DNA of 64,000 nt from Paraspadella gotoi (lineage: Eukaryota; Animalia; Chaetognatha). The DNA is taken from positions 9,250,718 through 9,314,717 of the forward strand of contig CM119268.1 in assembly GCA_051294375.1 (NCBI GenBank), written 5' to 3'. Below, piece after piece: positions 23,073 to 36,682 of this stretch. The notes below the pieces were generated by a model. It was not told where the DNA came from, searched no databases, and worked only from the letters and a program-made list of their open reading frames with translations. Position 1 is the stretch's first letter; each line of letters begins with the position of its first letter. Both the position numbers and the translations under genes were made by a program.

Positions 23073-26000
23073 ATGGAAGTTGGTGACGACTCGGATAGTG
23101 ATGGCGCAGGGGATAATAGCCCCCGGGAGGACTCGACGCGAGAGGGTGAGTAATGTTGACATAAATTTTAACTTTGATGTCGCTAATCCTTTTGAATTAA
23201 AATTAGGGAAAGTGATTATTATCTCGTGTATTGTGTAAATGTATAGTATGTAATCGATTTTGAATAATAAAACTTGAGTGTTCCAAAACCAAAGGGGGAA
23301 AATCTTTTTTTTTTAATTAAAAAAACTATAAAATAAAAAAGGCTGCTATTGTAGTTGTGAAAACACTTTTGACATTCTGATTGTTCTGACAAAAACTGCA
23401 ATGTTTATATCTGTAAGATGAACCAAAATTTTAAAACAGTTTATTTTTTTCATAAAAATAAATCTCATAACAAAGTCTTAATCAAATTTTTAAAAAATTT
23501 TTTTTTGAAATTCAATCATGCCATTGATGAGCATATAATTAAAAAAGTAAGAAGCTGGATTACTGGGAGTTTAAAAATAAAAAATGTCAGGGTGTCAAAT
23601 CTGAAATCGCTATATCAGATAATTTAGCCACAGTATTTTATAAACTGATTTTACTTTCATTTGAAATCCGTATAAAAGTTTCAGAATCATGGACCTGTCT
23701 TTTATCGTATGTTTTAATAACCTTAAGCTTATTATTTAATGATCTGGGGCAATCCAGTTATCCCTTCAAATATCCAGTATATTTTTTTATTTTTCAAGTA
23801 TTGAAAGAAAGATTAATCTTAAATCTATCAGATTTTTTTATATTCAGCTTTGTGGTAGTGTATTTCATTTTAAAAATTATTGTTCTTAAACAGATGGCCC
23901 AAATTTAATAAAATTTAAGTATATAGGGTAATTTTTAAAGTCTGAAATAAAGTGGCGCAATTACACAATTATATCCAGAGGGATAACTGGATTGCCCCAG
24001 ATCCTTAAATAATAATCTTAAAAATTAACTTTTATCTAAAAGCTAAAGAATAATGAACCCATCTTTCATTATATATTTCAATAACCTTATGTTTGATTTT
24101 GGAACATTCAAATTGTAAAAAATCATATCTCCTAAACCATTTGATCGATTATAATAAAATTTAAATATATTGATTCTTTTTTAAAATTTTTTATATAATT
24201 TTCAAATATATATTAAAAGTATCTGGTATTTAAAGTTATAAAGTGGCGTGTTTTTTTGTTTTTTTTTGCACAGGAGTGTAACTTAAAAATATTGAATAAA
24301 CTAATTAAAATAGCATACGTATCCTTAAAGGCGATACATTGGACGAAGATCAAGCAACGTCCTCAAAAACTGCCAAAAAAACTAAAGGAAGAGTTAAGAT
24401 TAAGATGGAATTTATTGACAACAAGCTCCGTCGTTATACTACCTTCAGTAAAAGAAAAACTGGTATCATGAAAAAGGTATTGCTGTTGCATTGGTAGAAT
24501 TGTTTACTTGGTAGAATAGGGGCACATATGGCATGTATTTTGTCTTCAGGCCTACGAACTATCAACATTAACTGGAACTCAAGTTATGCTCCTCGTGGCC
24601 TCCGAAACGGGTCATGTCTATACTTTCGCCACAAGGAAACTCCAACCGATGATAACCTCCGAAGAGGGCAAATCTCTTATACAGACTTGCCTTAATTCGC
24701 CAGGTAATTAATATACAGTATGTATGCATGCTTGCTTTGACAGCAGTTTCATACTTTTAAATTATTTTACTCAAAAATATGATAAATTTTATTTTCATTC
24801 AGACCCTCCAAATACGTCTACGAGCAATCAACAAGCTGATCAAAGGATGTCAGCAACAGGCTTTGAAGAACCAGACTTGACTTGCAACTTGGCACCCTCC
24901 AGTAGCTCCGCGCCCACACACCCGGCGTTCTCCACTGAAGAAATTCCTCGTGAAACCTCTTTTAAGATGGTGAGTTTTCAAAAACTAAATATTATTTTTA
25001 ATTATAATTATTTTATGATTATTGCCCTCGACGATACAAAGTTCAAAGCGATAGCACTGAATATTCAGTGAATAACAAAATAATTGTTTAAAGCTTTACA
25101 AAAATGTTTTATGGAGAGTCGACTCGAGATGGCGTTTGTTGACAGTCGAAATTTTTTTTGGTTAAGCATATCTTCAAATTTCGTGAGAGTTCGATTTGTG
25201 CTTGTAAACAAACTCGGCGTGAAATGGATTTGTTTGGGAATTCAGATTAATTCGTAGTTTGAAGTTGATTAACATAATTCTCTCCGCTGCCTTGAACTTA
25301 CTGCTCTTTGAGATTTAAAACTGAATGATATGATATGTATTATTAATAATAATTTATTATACAATATATGTACATAAACGCAACCTAAATTTCAATTTGT
25401 CTCAACTCGGCCATTGGCCAATCCCTCGAGCCGAAACTTTCAGTTTACTCAATCTCGTATAAGATAACTCCAAGTCTGGATCGTTGTTTTCTGGGTACGA
25501 AACTCTTTTATTTTTTTTTTTCATCTTTTCGTTCATTAGCTTCACTGTTTATGGGATCGAGTTCAACTTTAGCCATAAGTTATGGGAACGGTAAAATTCT
25601 TAGTTTTAACTGAAAGCAGCTGCTGGATCCTGTATGGTTCAAATGCATTTCACTAATGTGTACCGCTAGGTATTAGGTATACTGACAGACGGTAATTATC
25701 GTGGTTGAATTCAGTACTAGACAATTAGTTTTATTGTTCGTTGCTCTTTAAGTAAACAAATGTATTCTTAAATTTTAGGATTATCTATCTTCACATTCTA
25801 AGATTATGCCGCCAGTATTTCCTTCTACATCGGCATATGATCCGCGAAACTTATTTTTAGATCAGGTGAAAACCACAGCAATCCTCAGTTATGTATTGTT
25901 CGTTTTTCTTGCTTTGGTCTTAAAATCCTTCAGCCTAACATTTTTTTTTTAAATCGCTAATTGTCGGAATGACCTCTAAGAGAAGACGACCGCTGAGAAC

Positions 26001-28719
26001 CATCGGTCAAGGGTTTATTCGTCCGATCCGGTTCACGACCTTAGCACGATCCTTTTCTCGGTATTAGATTTTTACTAAAAATAGAAAACCCTCGTCACTG
26101 GGAAATTATATTTAATAAATTTTATTCAAATGTCGTGCCATTATGTAGCTCTTTTTAATATTCATTGTCCGTTTTTCGTTGCTGTGCCATTATTTTGTTT
26201 TACGCAATGTCATAAGACATTAAATAAAATACCTCGCTGCGTATTTCAATCGGTACAATTCTAAAGCGACAGAGAAAAACGTTTCCCCCTTCCTCCTCTT
26301 TTCCTTCCTTAGGGTCCGTCGTCGCCTCAGTCGTCTCCCCGCGAACGTCGACGCTATCCCTCTCATTTTGGAACTCAGACGGGCTACTATCAACGCGCTC
26401 GCGAATCGAAAGACGCGTCCCCGACCCATCGCGATTTGCACGGCCGGCAGACGCGAGATAGATCCCCCTTGTTGTCGAGGTAACGCGTGTCTGAGAGCGT
26501 CCGAGATATGTTATTTGAAATAAAAATCATCACAACTTTCAAATTTAGATCTCATTCGGATCACGAGCCTCGACATATGATTTTGGGTCACGAATCTCCA
26601 ACCTCTTACCGCATCGTTCAAGATCGATCTCATTCACCAAAGGTTGAACCTAACGTATAATTAATTTTATATCCTTTCTATAAAACGTTTTATCTGGAAG
26701 TGCAAATAGTAGTAATTATTTTCATTCGTTCCAGTACCACACGATTGCCCCACGCGTCACTGGAGAACACAGGCGCGGAGATGCCCAAGAAAGGAAACCA
26801 TCTCCATCCCCAACCTCTCACTCTAGTTCAGCCGGTGTCGTCTACAGAGAAATAGGTAATTTTTTTTATTTCTCGGAGTTATTTTCATTAAAAATCTTTG
26901 CAGTAGGTTCCTTTTGTTTCTTTTCATTCCGGCCATCTTTCCTTTCATGAACGAAATGAAGCCAAATCCCCTCCCCCCCAACACAAAACTGTTATGAGCG
27001 AAAACGTTCAATTCTTGAACCAATTAAAGCGAGAGCCCATCGAATATCGCGGAAGATCATCGCTCGCGCTCGTGTCCAGGCCTCGGAGTCGATCTTCCTC
27101 CCCGTTAGATGGCGGCGACGTGGAAATCGATCGCCCGTATCGTGCGTCGACGACCGATGGGGTCGAGGCTCACGCGGCTCAGTCGCGAGGCCGAAGCCCA
27201 ATCATGTCCGTTGTTAACACCCACAGTAAAATCATGAACGCGTCATATTATCCCAAATCGCCGCGCGCTCCCGGTTCCAGCGCCGGCGGTAAGGGTAGCT
27301 CATCTAACATCTTGACGGCGTCGGGAACAGCCGTGGCGATGCAATTGCCAAACGGCACGTTGATTCCTACCGGTCTGTTCGTTGTTGCATTATTTCCCAT
27401 TGATTTGCTGTGATTTGTCATACGCTTAATAAGTTTAATGCAATTTCATATTTAACGCTTTTCTCCATCCTTCTCTGTATCTGTTTCATTTCCGAAGCGC
27501 TAATGCTTGATTGTTTTTTTTGTTTTTTTAATTTTCGTTTTTCTCCTCTTTCTATACGTCTAAACCCAGTACGCTGGCATGACTTCTAATTCTAGTATCT
27601 TATTAATTAAAGATACAACGGTTCTGTTTGAAATGTTATTAAGGGTTAATGATGTTGCAGTTGCTTAGTCGAAAGAGGGTTAGAGGCTGGTTTTATCATT
27701 GCGACTTTATCTTTATTACCTGGAATTTTTTTTTTTTTTTTCGTTGCTGAATTTGGCATTATTCATTATTCATACCATAGGTGCCATTCCTCACGGAACA
27801 CCAATTGCTTTAGCGCCACTACCAGGTGGAAATCAGACATATGTCAAGTTAGCGACGCTTCCACCCTCTCGATCAAGGTAAGCTCTTATGAATCCTTAAC
27901 GTCGAAAGCTTATATGATTATCATTATATTAACGTTTCGTACCTTTCGGTCCTCAATCAGTCCTCATTCGGGTTCACGTTCGCCCGCTCGATCCCCCCGT
28001 CGCTCCAGTTCGCCCCAAGATGAACGCGGGGGAGTTCGTTACGCGCCCCTTGGACGTCTGGAGGCGCGGACTCACGATTTACGTGTTAATCGCGAATCGC
28101 CGTCACCCGATCGCCGAGAGCGCACCGCTTCCGGCTCCCCGCCGCCATCCTCCATCCTGGCGCACAGCTTTATGATGCCTCCCAACTTTATTTTACCCGT
28201 CGCTCACATCCCGACCTCATCGGCGGGTGGGGGTAGTTTATATTTTACCTATTAAAAAATTTTTTTGGAGTTGGTATTTTATGTATTTTTTTTTTTAATT
28301 TAAGGTGCGAGCCAGGCAGCTTTCGTTTATCCTCCGCCGGGTGTCCCTGCTTCTGGCGGTACTTTTGCCGTTATTACCTCTTCCAGCGGCGCCGCTTCGT
28401 CTCAGTCGTCGCACACTTCGGCCGAGCCTGCCCAATACTTTGTTAATATTCCTGGCTTGACTAACACTTCAGTAAGTTGAAAAACGGAAATCGAGTTACA
28501 ATTGTGTTTATGCCGTTTTAGTCTTGAGCTAAAATACTTTCCTGTTGCATTGCATGCGATTTTTTTTTTTAAATGTTTTCTTTAAAATTGCAGTCCTCAG
28601 CCAGTGATCAAACGGCGACGTCGACTCCTCAACAATACATCGCTTTTCAGCTTCCGGTCAATACATCATCACCAAATTTGGCCCAACAAGGAAAATCTAA
28701 AGCCCCGACTAGAAAATGA
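23073..28719 (+). CDS. SRF: Serum response factor (MADS-box transcription factor), multi-exon
   Basis: Exons 24331-24476 and 24551-24702 encode KKTKGRVKIKMEFIDNKLRRYTTFSKRKTGIMKK/AYELSTLTGTQVMLLVASETGHVYTFATRKLQPMITSEEGKSLIQTCLNSP, then DQRMSATGFEEPDL; downstream S/P/R-rich exons and the stop are less certain. Confidence 0.93.
23725..24018. repeat. Small inverted-repeat element (MITE-like) in an SRF intron
   Basis: GATCTGGGGCAATCCAGTTATCCCT (~23740) is the reverse complement of AGGGATAACTGGATTGCCCCAGATC (~23979). Confidence 0.6.
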
Positions 28720-29215
28720 TTCTATAAAACCTACAATTATTCGGAGGATAGAATTTGTGCATTTTTATTCCTTTGTCGCTTTAGCAAGCTTTTGTGTGCT
28801 TAAGTGAGTTTCGACATTGTAGTATTCCGGAATTTATCTCCGAAACCGGACAATCAGACTATGACGATGCCATTTTGTATTACATTTTTTTCGAGATTTA
28901 GAGGCTATCGGTTACATATTATGGAATAAATTCAAAAAAGGGTTTTTTTCCATAATTACTCTTAACCATTGAAGAAACAGGCGCCCTGTCTACCATTTTT
29001 ACAAAAGCTAAGTCATGTTTTTTTTTTACTGCTATTTATTCTCCGTTGTTAATTTTAATTTAGTATACCACCTTAAGTTTGATATATCGTTTGTTGTTTA
29101 TGGTAATTCTTGTACCAGCGATATTTGTATGTGCCTTCCAGGATGGTTTTATCCCCTAGAAAATTAGCCGCTTTTAGTTTATTGTAATCCCCACGTTATT
29201 TTTTTTTTCAATTAA

Positions 29216-30088
29216 GGGGACCCAGTGATAAAAATGATATCATAAGCTTAAGGGTCTATCATCAAAGGAATTTGAATGGTGATAGTCATTAATTTTTCTT
29301 TGTACGGGAAAGTAGCAAAAAAATTCCTATCTCTTATTGTAGCGGAAACAAAAATTTAATAATTATAAAAAAAAAATTTAGTTGACCTACCTAAATATTT
29401 ATATAATTCATTATTTTATTTTTGCATTAGAAGTATTTTTACTAAATTCCAATTTTTTATTTTTTACTGTACAAAGCTATAATTTTAGGTTTAAGCCTCA
29501 TTGAAAAGGCTTTACAAGACTAATATTTTTTTATTTTTATATTTACTTAAAAGCAGACAAATCAAACCTAAATTATATTCTTACAGAAACAAAACTGTAA
29601 TAATTATTAATTAATATTCATATTCATCCCTTAAATGTATAATTAAACTATATTGATTCCTAATTATAACAATTAAAATTTAGCAAAAGTACAGAATCTT
29701 TCTCTTCTTTTATATTTATATTACTTCAAAAAGTTTTATTTTCATCCAATTAACAGAATCATTTGAAAAGAAAGTTTAATAAAAATCAGTCGATACCTTA
29801 AATTTTGATTCATTCCTAGTTTTTTTCTTATAAATTTTTTGTAATAAAAGCTGAAAATCTTTTTAAAATTAGATCTTACCCTTTTTTTGAAAAAAAAATT
29901 TTAACTTGAAAAAGATTTTCTTCTTACCGATTTTTTAAAGAAAAATTAAGCTCACTGATTTTATCGAATTTTTAACTACTTTCCCAAATGATTATAGAAG
30001 AAAAAATTATATGATCAGAACCAGCTTAAGTTAAAGGGTCAAACGTTATGTTTTCAGCTTTTTTACCCCCCCTGTTCACTTGGTCCCC
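29216..30088. mobile_element. Non-autonomous DNA transposon with TTAA TSD and GG..CC ends (Kolobok-like)
   Basis: TTAA|GGGGACCCAGTGA ... TCACTTGGTCCCC|TTAA; AT-rich non-coding interior. Confidence 0.7.
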
Positions 30089-30206
30089 TTAAGAAGCTTA
30101 TGTGAAAACTGTTTGCACTCCAATCGCTTTCTTGCTCCATGAAACTTTTATTCGGAATTTTTTTAATTTAGTTAGTTATTTGAAATAAATAGAAAATTAG
30201 AGAAAG

Positions 30207-30648
30207 ATGCAGTCTGTCGCTGAAAAAGAGCACGAGGTAGCAGATCTTAAAGCAGCTCTCGAGGCAGAAGAGGATGAAGAAAGTTTCTACCAGGTAAGTG
30301 ATAAGATGTTTTTTTTCTTTTTCATGATGTAAAAACTAGGCCATACTAGGATATTGATTTGCTTCAAAACCACGGGATCAATGTTGCCGATCTTAAAAAG
30401 CTCAAGACGGTTGGAATATGCACTGTTAAGGGTGTTCAAATGATGACCAAAAGGAAATTGTGCGCCATAAAGGGTCTTTCTGAAGCTAAGGTTGGTAAAT
30501 TATTCTATATGGAATAAAGCGAAAATGTTTATTTTGTTAACTTACAACGAATTTGTTTTTATTTTCAAGGAGAAAAATCGTACATGTTTTGGCTAATATG
30601 CCTTTATCAGCGCAAATAATAGGTTGTGAAAAATTTCACAGATTTGGT

Positions 30649-30683
<35 letters not shown>

Positions 30684-33600
30684 TTTTCCAACAAAGAATT
30701 AAGGAAAGGACAGTGAAAGATTGGGGACAAGTTAGTCTGACAGAGTGTTTGAAAGAGAAATGAAATACAGTGAAATTCATTTAAGCAATGTAAATGGACA
30801 ATAACATTTTTAAATAATAGAAACTGAAATTAACTATAATAATTTAGTGAAAATTAATGAAATTTTATGAAATGAGTGGAAATAAAAATTGAAAAATAAA
30901 GATTTGAGGTTTAGTAAAAGTTAAAAAGTGAAAGATAAGAAAAGAAACCAATGATCTTCCTTAAGACAGCATTCAGCAGATGCCTAAGCCTTGTCTCGAG
31001 GAATATTTGTGAACATGCTTTGCCGGTCACACGAGACCAAGAAGTGAGTATCTGGCATGAATTACGAAGGTGGTGTTGGTTTCCAACAAGAGGGGTGAGG
31101 ATTCTCCCCAACTCTTTTGTCATATAATTGTTAATTTCACAGTTTATATTATTTAAAAATGTTATTGTCCATTTACATTGCTTAAATGTATTTCACTGTA
31201 TTTCATTTCTCTTTCAAACACACACTCTCTCAGATTAACTTGTCTCCAATCTTAACCTGTCCTCAGTCTTTCACTGTCCTTTTCTTAATTTTTTGTTGGA
31301 AAACATTTTTCTCTCTCTCTCTCTCAATACCAAATCTGTAAAATTTTTCACAACCTATTATTTGCGCTGATAAAGGCTAACATATTAGCCGAAACATGTA
31401 CGATTTTTCTCCTTGAAAATAAAGTATTAAAGCCACGCAGTTTTTCAAAGAGCTTTGATAAACAATTAAACATCATTACGTCTATCAAGTAATATCTAGT
31501 ATTATTGTTATCATTAGGTAGATAAGATCAAGGAAGCAGTCGGAAAAATGTACGGGTCGGCATTTTGTACGGCGTTGGAAGTGAACGAGAAACGTAAAAG
31601 CTGCTATCACATCTCAACAGGAAGCTCAGAGCTGGACAAACTGATAGGAGGCGGAATAGAGAGCATGTCCATCACCGAAGGTTTGATTAGGAATGTCATT
31701 GTTTCGCCTATTTTAAAACGAGACTTTGCGTTGACAGCTTTTGGGGAATTCCGCACGGGTAAAACTCAATTATCTCACACCCTGTGCGTTACCGCGCAAC
31801 TTCCCAATGAATCGTCGGGTTACCCGGGCGGAAAGGTGATCTTCATTGACACGGAGAATACATTCAGGCCCTCAAGGCTTCGTGAGATCGCAGATCGCTT
31901 TAACCTCGATCACGAGGCCATGCTGGACAACATTCTATATGCTCGGGCTTACACATCTGAGCATCAGATGGAGGTAGCCGTAATCATCTTTAAAATGGCT
32001 TGATAATTTTGTTTTCTTTTTCTTTAACCGTATTTTAAATTTTTTTATCGTCGCAATCGCTTAGCGTTTGGACGATATTGTAACGCTTTTGCGCATAAGT
32101 GGCGTCGGCGTCGTTGTCGTCGGCGTTCCAAATCATAGATCGCCTTTTTTATGATTAAATTTAGGTGTATGAAGCTGAAAATTTATATACAGCTTCTCAT
32201 CATCGATGTGCTTAAAATTGAGTCTGGATAGTTATTAAATATGTTTTGTTTACGTTTTATCAAAACAAACAAATTTTCTCTTTTTTATTTTCATATTTCT
32301 TTCTCTCTCTCTCTTTTCTCTTTTAATTACATGTCTCTCTCCCTCTTTCTTTTTGCTAGTCACTGATTCATAATCATAGGGGAAAAAAAATGAGTCTGCA
32401 GCTGGCTCTGCAGGGGCTTATTCTTTTTCTCTCTTTTCTCCTGCTGCTTCTGCTGTTGCCTTTTGATTTCTTTCTTTTTTCTCTCTCTCTCTCTCTGCGT
32501 TTTTATTGAAAAAAAATTGAATTAGGATTGAACTCGTAAAATTAAGCATCGCATTCGTGCATGTTATCATTTTGCTATCGCAACATCGGGTTTTTATTCC
32601 GTTTTTTTTTCTTAGGGACTGCGTCTGCTGATCAGTTAATTTTTTAACAATAAAAAAGTTTTTTTGGGGTTTTTTTTTTTTTTTCAGAAACTGTAACTTT
32701 AATTTTCTTTCGTACTTTATTATTTTTTTTATTGACAATCGCAAAATAGAATTTTTTTTTTTCTGTTTATAAATTAATTTTTTTTTCTCAAATTTTTTTT
32801 CTCAAGGGCTGCGTCTGCTGATCAGTTTATTTGACAATGACAATTGACAATAAGAACAAAAAAAGTTTTCCTTTTTTTTTTTCAGAAACTGTAACTTTAA
32901 TTTTCCTCGGTACTTTATTTTTTTTTTAAATTGACAATCGCAAAATATAATTTTTCTTTATTTATAATTTAATTTTCTTTTCTCAAATTTTATTTTTTTA
33001 GTATCAAAATTTGTCATCAATCCAGATTTTTCTTATGCGATTGCGACGATCCTTATGCTTTTAAGATTTTTTTTCCTTTCTTAAAGTTGCTCGATTTCGT
33101 GGCTGCGAAGTTTCACGAAGAGGGGGGCGTTTACAGGCTTCTCGTTGTCGACTCCATAATGGCTCTTTATCGCGTCGACTATAGGTGAGGTATTTTATTT
33201 AATATTAAATAAATAATCGAGTAAATGTTTTTCTCAACTTTCCGCCTTCTAATTTTTATTTTAAAATTCATGAATTTTTTAGAGTATTAAGAGTATTAAG
33301 TTTTAAACATGAAAACATTTCGCTTTAGAATAGAATATTGCGATTTCAAAGGGTTATGGAATTACCTTTTCACAGTGGCCGCGGAGAACTAGCTGAACGC
33401 CAACAGTCACTTGCTCAAATGCTTTCGCGTCTTCAAAAAATTTCTGAAGAATATAACGTTGCTGTATTCATTACAAACCAAGTTACAGCAGATCCTGGAG
33501 CCACTTTGACTTTTCAGGTAAAAACAAAATAACAATCTTTGATCTCCAGGAATTATCGAAAATTATTCGATAATCATAATCATCAATGATTATGATTATT

Positions 33601-33817
33601 AATCATAATGATCGAATCATCTTTTACAACACTCTAGGCTGACCCAAAGAAGCCCATCGGTGGCCACATTTTGGCACACGCTTCCACGGTACGTTTGTCT
33701 TTGCGAAAAGGACGGGGGGAAAATCGAATCGCCAAGATCTTCGATTCGCCAGACAGACCAGAAGCCGAGGCGACGTTTGCCATTTCGAATCACGGCATCA
33801 TTGACTCCAAAGATTGA
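30207..33817 (+). CDS. DMC1: Meiotic recombinase DMC1 (7 exons)
   Basis: [90 protein letters not shown] and [17 protein letters not shown] are DMC1-type rather than RAD51-type. Confidence 0.96.
30558..31423. mobile_element. Foldback element with ~280-300-bp inverted arms carrying (GA)n and hammerhead-like motifs (Penelope-like inverted pLTR) in DMC1 intron 2
   Basis: 30558-~30838 is an imperfect reverse complement of ~31124-31423; right arm has CTGATAA-A-GGCTAA cata TTAGCC-GAAACATGTA at 31367-31400. Confidence 0.75.
32041..33065 (+). mobile_element. Helentron-associated (HINE/DINE-1-like) non-autonomous element in DMC1 intron 4
   Basis: Subterminal IR ATCGTCGCAATCGC (32047) / GCGATTGCGACGAT (33037-33050), partial internal IR after the 5' copy, (CGTCGG)-type microsatellite, internal ~190-bp tandem duplication, T-rich insertion site. 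Confidence 0.7.
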
Positions 33818-34335
33818 TAATAAATGGTTTTGAAGGAAATCCTATTCGTCGTTAAAGAGGATGTTATGTTTCATTCCTAGTTATTTTATTGTTACTTGTT
33901 GATCATTTTGGCTTTTGTTGGTTCTAATTTATTAACAATTTATTTTGCTGCTTTCTTTAATGAACTTTATTCTCGTTAAGAAATTGACCTTTCTGCTATT
34001 TTTTTCCTTTGCACTTAGTTTTCCTTCAATAGTTTTATGCGTTTTTCTTAACAGGCAGAAGATGATTAGCAGCTCGTTATCTATCCCTCCTCCTTCTGCA
34101 TAGATAATAGGTTGCATGTAGGAAAAGTTTGATCTCGCAACTCTCGAAATCCGTCTTGAAGTAAGGTAATTACTTCTAAAAATAAATTAGCAATCTATTT
34201 TACTTAAAAGGCTTGAAACCTTAGTCAACTTGTTTGTCGATTATGCGATGGTTCGTTCATAGCTTAGAATTTTTATGTATGTATGTAACGCCGCACACCT
34301 TTTTTTTCCGCTACCTATCAGACTTCACAGACATT

Positions 34336-36682
34336 ATGACATTTATTGATCGCCGTCGGCCCTGCTTGTGGCTTTTTTTGGGCGCCATCCTCTTCGCAAT
34401 GTTTCTCTTCCTTTTTTTTGTTGGAATAGTTGCGCTGGATCGTGGTAAAAGCGTCATACAGGGTCAATTCGACTTTGCTGGTATTAATTACTTTATTATT
34501 TAAAAACATGATGAGAGTAATCTAGTTCACAGTACTTAATGCCCGATATTTTTTTTTTCCAAGATTTTCTCAGAATTTTTGATGCCCGAAGTTGTTATAA
34601 ACCCCTCATTTCCACTACTCGTCACAAAATTAAAGTTCTACCTTATCATGTTAAGCTGGTGAACGAAATCCAGGTAAGCTTGGTAGGGGGGGAGGCAAAG
34701 AGTACACTTGAGGGATTTTCACTAATAAGAAACAGAGTCATTTGTTTTTTGTGATCTTTACCAAGATCTTACTTATGACTGTATCGTGACGATGTTTATT
34801 ATTCAGAATTTCCTGATAAATGAAAAAGAAGACGTTTTGGCGAAACTATTATCGGACTGCGACGAGGATATTCCGTTGCCAGTCTGCTTCCTAGAAAAAA
34901 CATGTCCGAGATTCTGGAAAGACAACAACGAAAGCGAAGAGGGTCGTTTCGACGTTTGGCAAAGTGAAGGTGAAAGGCATTTTGGGACTTCGTAAAATTA
35001 ACGACAACAAATTTAAGCGCCAGCTTTTCAGCCGAAGCTGCTGCCTTTGTCTCCGCAACGAACACTGATGACGGCCTTCACCGATTCGATCTGGTTTCGG
35101 CCTCGGAACGGAAAAAGCGTCTTAGCTTTCTCGAAAGGAAGGCATTCAAATCGGAGCTAGAGTTTTGCGACGCCATTTTCAAATACGTCCTGATAACGAC
35201 AAGGTAAATCTACACAATCGTACCTTATTGAACTATGCACTATGGCGAAGATAGATCAGATAACTTTTCTCTTTTTTTTTTTTCAACTCAGCCCGTTTGA
35301 GTCGTCACGTTTGACGAAGGAGTATCGCGTGACAGGCGAGGTATCCGAAGAGATCGTTCACTTGCTCATTATGTTCATGACGATGCCGGCTCATCGCGCC
35401 GTCGTTGATAGGCTCAATTGCAGCAAGATAGACTACCATTGCCTTCTCAGTAACATGTGCGAGAACGAGATCTATCCGGGCAAGGTGGGCCGATGATCAT
35501 TGCTGAGCGATATAAGAAAATATTACGAGCGACTCGCTGAATTTAAAGAGAAATGACAGTTAGTTGAGATCGTTCTTTCGCGTTTTACTTTCGCCTCATC
35601 ACTCCTGTCTAGAGCGACATCGAGCGCGCGGACGCTGCCGAATTGCAAGGCTTCATGCAGTCCTATCTTAGTCCATGTATGGGCGAAAGGTGTCGTGCCC
35701 ACAGTTGGCTCGTCTCCGACAGTCGGGGCTGGTTTTCATCTTGTTGGCTTGCCTCTGGCGGGTTTCTTCAAATCCTTCCTACGGATCCGGTTGACGTTTC
35801 GGTGATCAAATTCAATCGGCCTTGCAACCCCGCTCGGCGAGAAAGAGAGCGCGCCTTTCTATTCGCCGTCGCTTTCATCTACGTCTTCCTGTACGCTTTC
35901 GCCTTTTTCGTCATCGAGGTGGGCGAGGGTGCTAGTGATGGGGGAAAGGTAGATTCGTCTTATTGTCTTATTGTCCTCTCAGATATCCCTGTACTATGTT
36001 ATTTCTCGTTGTCGTCATCGAATATCTCGCCCGGCTCTGCGGGACGCATCCCGTCGATTGGCTTCATCGCTTCCGTCCCTGATGAACGCGCGACGAGCGA
36101 CAACTCCCCGGGGCAGTCAGATCTCGCACGCGTCGAGTTGGCGGGGTCGTTTGGACGCGGTTCGTCGCGGGCGACGCAGCACCGAGCCCAGTTTTATGGG
36201 CAGTTTGGCCGGAATATCCAGCCAATCTACCGACTCCGGATTAGGTGATTTTATCAAGTTATTCACAATTATTAGCTTTTCATATTTATTATTTATTGCT
36301 AAACAGACTATTTTCAGGGTCAAACTTTCGTCTATCGACGCCTCGTTCCTCCGTTCCGCATCTAAACGTTTTCGTTGATCGCCCTGTACGACGCGGACCT
36401 CATTCCAACGATTATGTTCTGGCCTCGTCCATGTCGGTCCTCCCAACTCCGATCTCACGTCAAGCTCGGTCATCGGTCAGACGGAGTTCGTCTCAAAGGG
36501 CCGAACCAATTCTCAATTTTCTTTTCGAGGAGACGTTTATCGGTGCAGGAGGGGAGATCCTCGAGCGTTTGGAAAGAGAAGATCTTATGGAGGGAGAAGT
36601 GGGTGTTGCGGCCTCGTTGGAAGAAGATAGCGGCGTCATTGAAGATTCAAATCATTCCATATCCTCGGCAGAGACCGTTTAA
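34336..36682 (+). CDS. Uncharacterised multi-exon membrane protein (N-terminal and internal hydrophobic helices, Cys-rich middle)
   Basis: LWLFLGAILFAMFLFLFFVGIVAL and AFLFAVAFIYVFLYAFAFFVI in GC-richer exons bounded by GT-AG; exon chain not fully resolved. Confidence 0.55.

Noticed and set aside
24318-24330. GTATCCTTAAAG as a U12-type splice signal in SRF
   Set aside because: It sits at the 3' acceptor of an intron with an ordinary GTGAGT donor
30207-33817. RAD51 or bacterial recA assignment
   Set aside because: Diagnostic residues ([43 protein letters not shown]) are DMC1-type and the gene has introns
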